Source: Octopus sinensis
Lineage: Eukaryota
Assembly: GCF_006345805.1 (NCBI RefSeq)
Contig: NW_021835892.1
Location: 1 to 37,794, forward strand
Length of the DNA: 37,794 bases
Direction: 5' to 3'
Positions 36,669-37,794 of this stretch are shown here, piece after piece (the stretch's first letter is position 1; every line of letters starts with the position of its first letter). Both the position numbers and the translations under genes were made by a program. The notes beneath the pieces are model-generated. The model was not told the origin of the DNA. It worked only from the letters and a program-made list of their open reading frames with translations, and did not search any database.

Positions 36669-37269
36669 AACAACAACGATGAGGACAAATATCCGTCAAA
36701 TGTAAATAATGTAAATAATGTACATAATTCCTCATCTCCTAAATATAGAACTGTACTCTCCTTAAATGAATAGGCACTACATCTCATACACACACATACA
36801 CACGCATCCCTCAATTTATGCTTCTATGTCGTGCGTGCTTTTCTTACCTTATGCTCTTTAGTTTTAACTTCTACAAATTTCACTCTCTTCTACGTTCTTC
36901 CAAATCAAAATTCCCTGTAATGAATTACTAAACTTATTTTCAACAGATTCATATAGTTTCTCATTTATTTTTCTGTAATACTCATTTAACAATGTAATAA
37001 TTTCATTATCAATTTTTAGTTTCATTTCCATTTAAATTCTAATTTCTATCACTCGCAATATTTTTTTCTCCTTCTGATCAGGTCCTTCTGCCTCTCGATA
37101 TCATTTTTACGACGATAGATTCTTTATGCTATCCAGTTTTCAATTCCAGTTCCACTGACCCTCAATTTTTCCGTTATGGTCAACTGCTTTCAGCCAAGAG
37201 ATTTTCGTTATTTAAAAAGCAAATGCCCTCCCCACTCAATTTGAAATATTTATTCAATAAGTTTTGTTC

Positions 37270-37450
37270 ATCTTTTGTTTTATCTTTCACTTGTTCAGTC
37301 ATTAGACTGAGGCCATGCTGGAGTACTGCCTTGAAGCATTTTTTAGTCGAATGAATCGACACAAGTATTTTTTTTTTAGTTTATGTTTAGTATTTATTAT
37401 ATCGGATCCTTGTACCGAACCGCTGTTACAGATACCTAAACACGCCGACA
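37270..37450 (-). mobile_element. SINE family A, degenerate 3' half
   Basis: GGCCATGCTGGAG...TTTAGTCGA...GAACCGCT match to the family A tail. Confidence 0.7.
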
Positions 37451-37794
37451 CACAAATATATATATATATATATAAATATATATACATGAATTTGTTAAAA
37501 AGGATACCAAACACCAAGGCAAGACTTCTCAAGTCATAAATGTTATTATTATTAAAATTTATTAAGCAATTTTAAAGTCTTAACAGCTGTTTCTGCGATA
37601 TCGTATATACATGTGGTATATCCCGTCATCGGAGACAGATGGTGAGGAAGTGAAAGGGGATAGATTGGAGAGACGATGGAGTAAAGCACTGGAGAAATAA
37701 AGGAACAGAAGCATGTAGAAAAAGAGAAAAAGGAAAAAAGAGAAAAAAAAGAGAAAAATCCTTTTTCCTTATTTTCTACATCTCTTTATTTCTT

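Noticed and set aside
36900-37170. Minus-strand open stretch KIDNEIITLLNEYYRKINEKLYES resembling an L1 ORF2 linker
   Set aside because: Short, no catalytic motif, surrounded by stops; cannot be supported without a profile search.

Overview
AT-rich, microsatellite-saturated eukaryotic DNA with no recognisable host gene. The repeat repertoire suggests a coleoid cephalopod, probably Octopus (inference from recalled SINE types, not a search). The main feature is a Tx1/L1-clade LINE family on the minus strand: one full-length ~6.2 kb copy (22371-28600; ORF1 with CCHC knuckle, ORF2 APE-RT-CCHC, broken mostly by 1-bp homopolymer indels), a 5'-truncated and internally deleted copy (4128-5810), and a diverged 3' fragment (28696-28960). 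Every clearly defined end abuts a (TATC)n array in the same orientation, pointing to GATA-microsatellite targeting. The most unusual signal is a nested long-range RNA duplex (20 bp + 17 bp, plus a local hairpin). It pairs the ORF1-stop/ORF2-start linker with the ORF2-stop/3'UTR 3.4 kb away, and all non-Watson-Crick positions are G:U in the sense RNA only. The window also holds Penelope-like RT and GIY-YIG remnants, about ten type-I hammerhead-ribozyme motifs (several with non-canonical cores, one behind a tRNA-like Pol III head), three tRNA-derived SINE families, an RLE-type LINE 3' end, a HINE-like element and two large foldback palindromes. All analysis was by eye, and boundaries of degenerate repeats are approximate.
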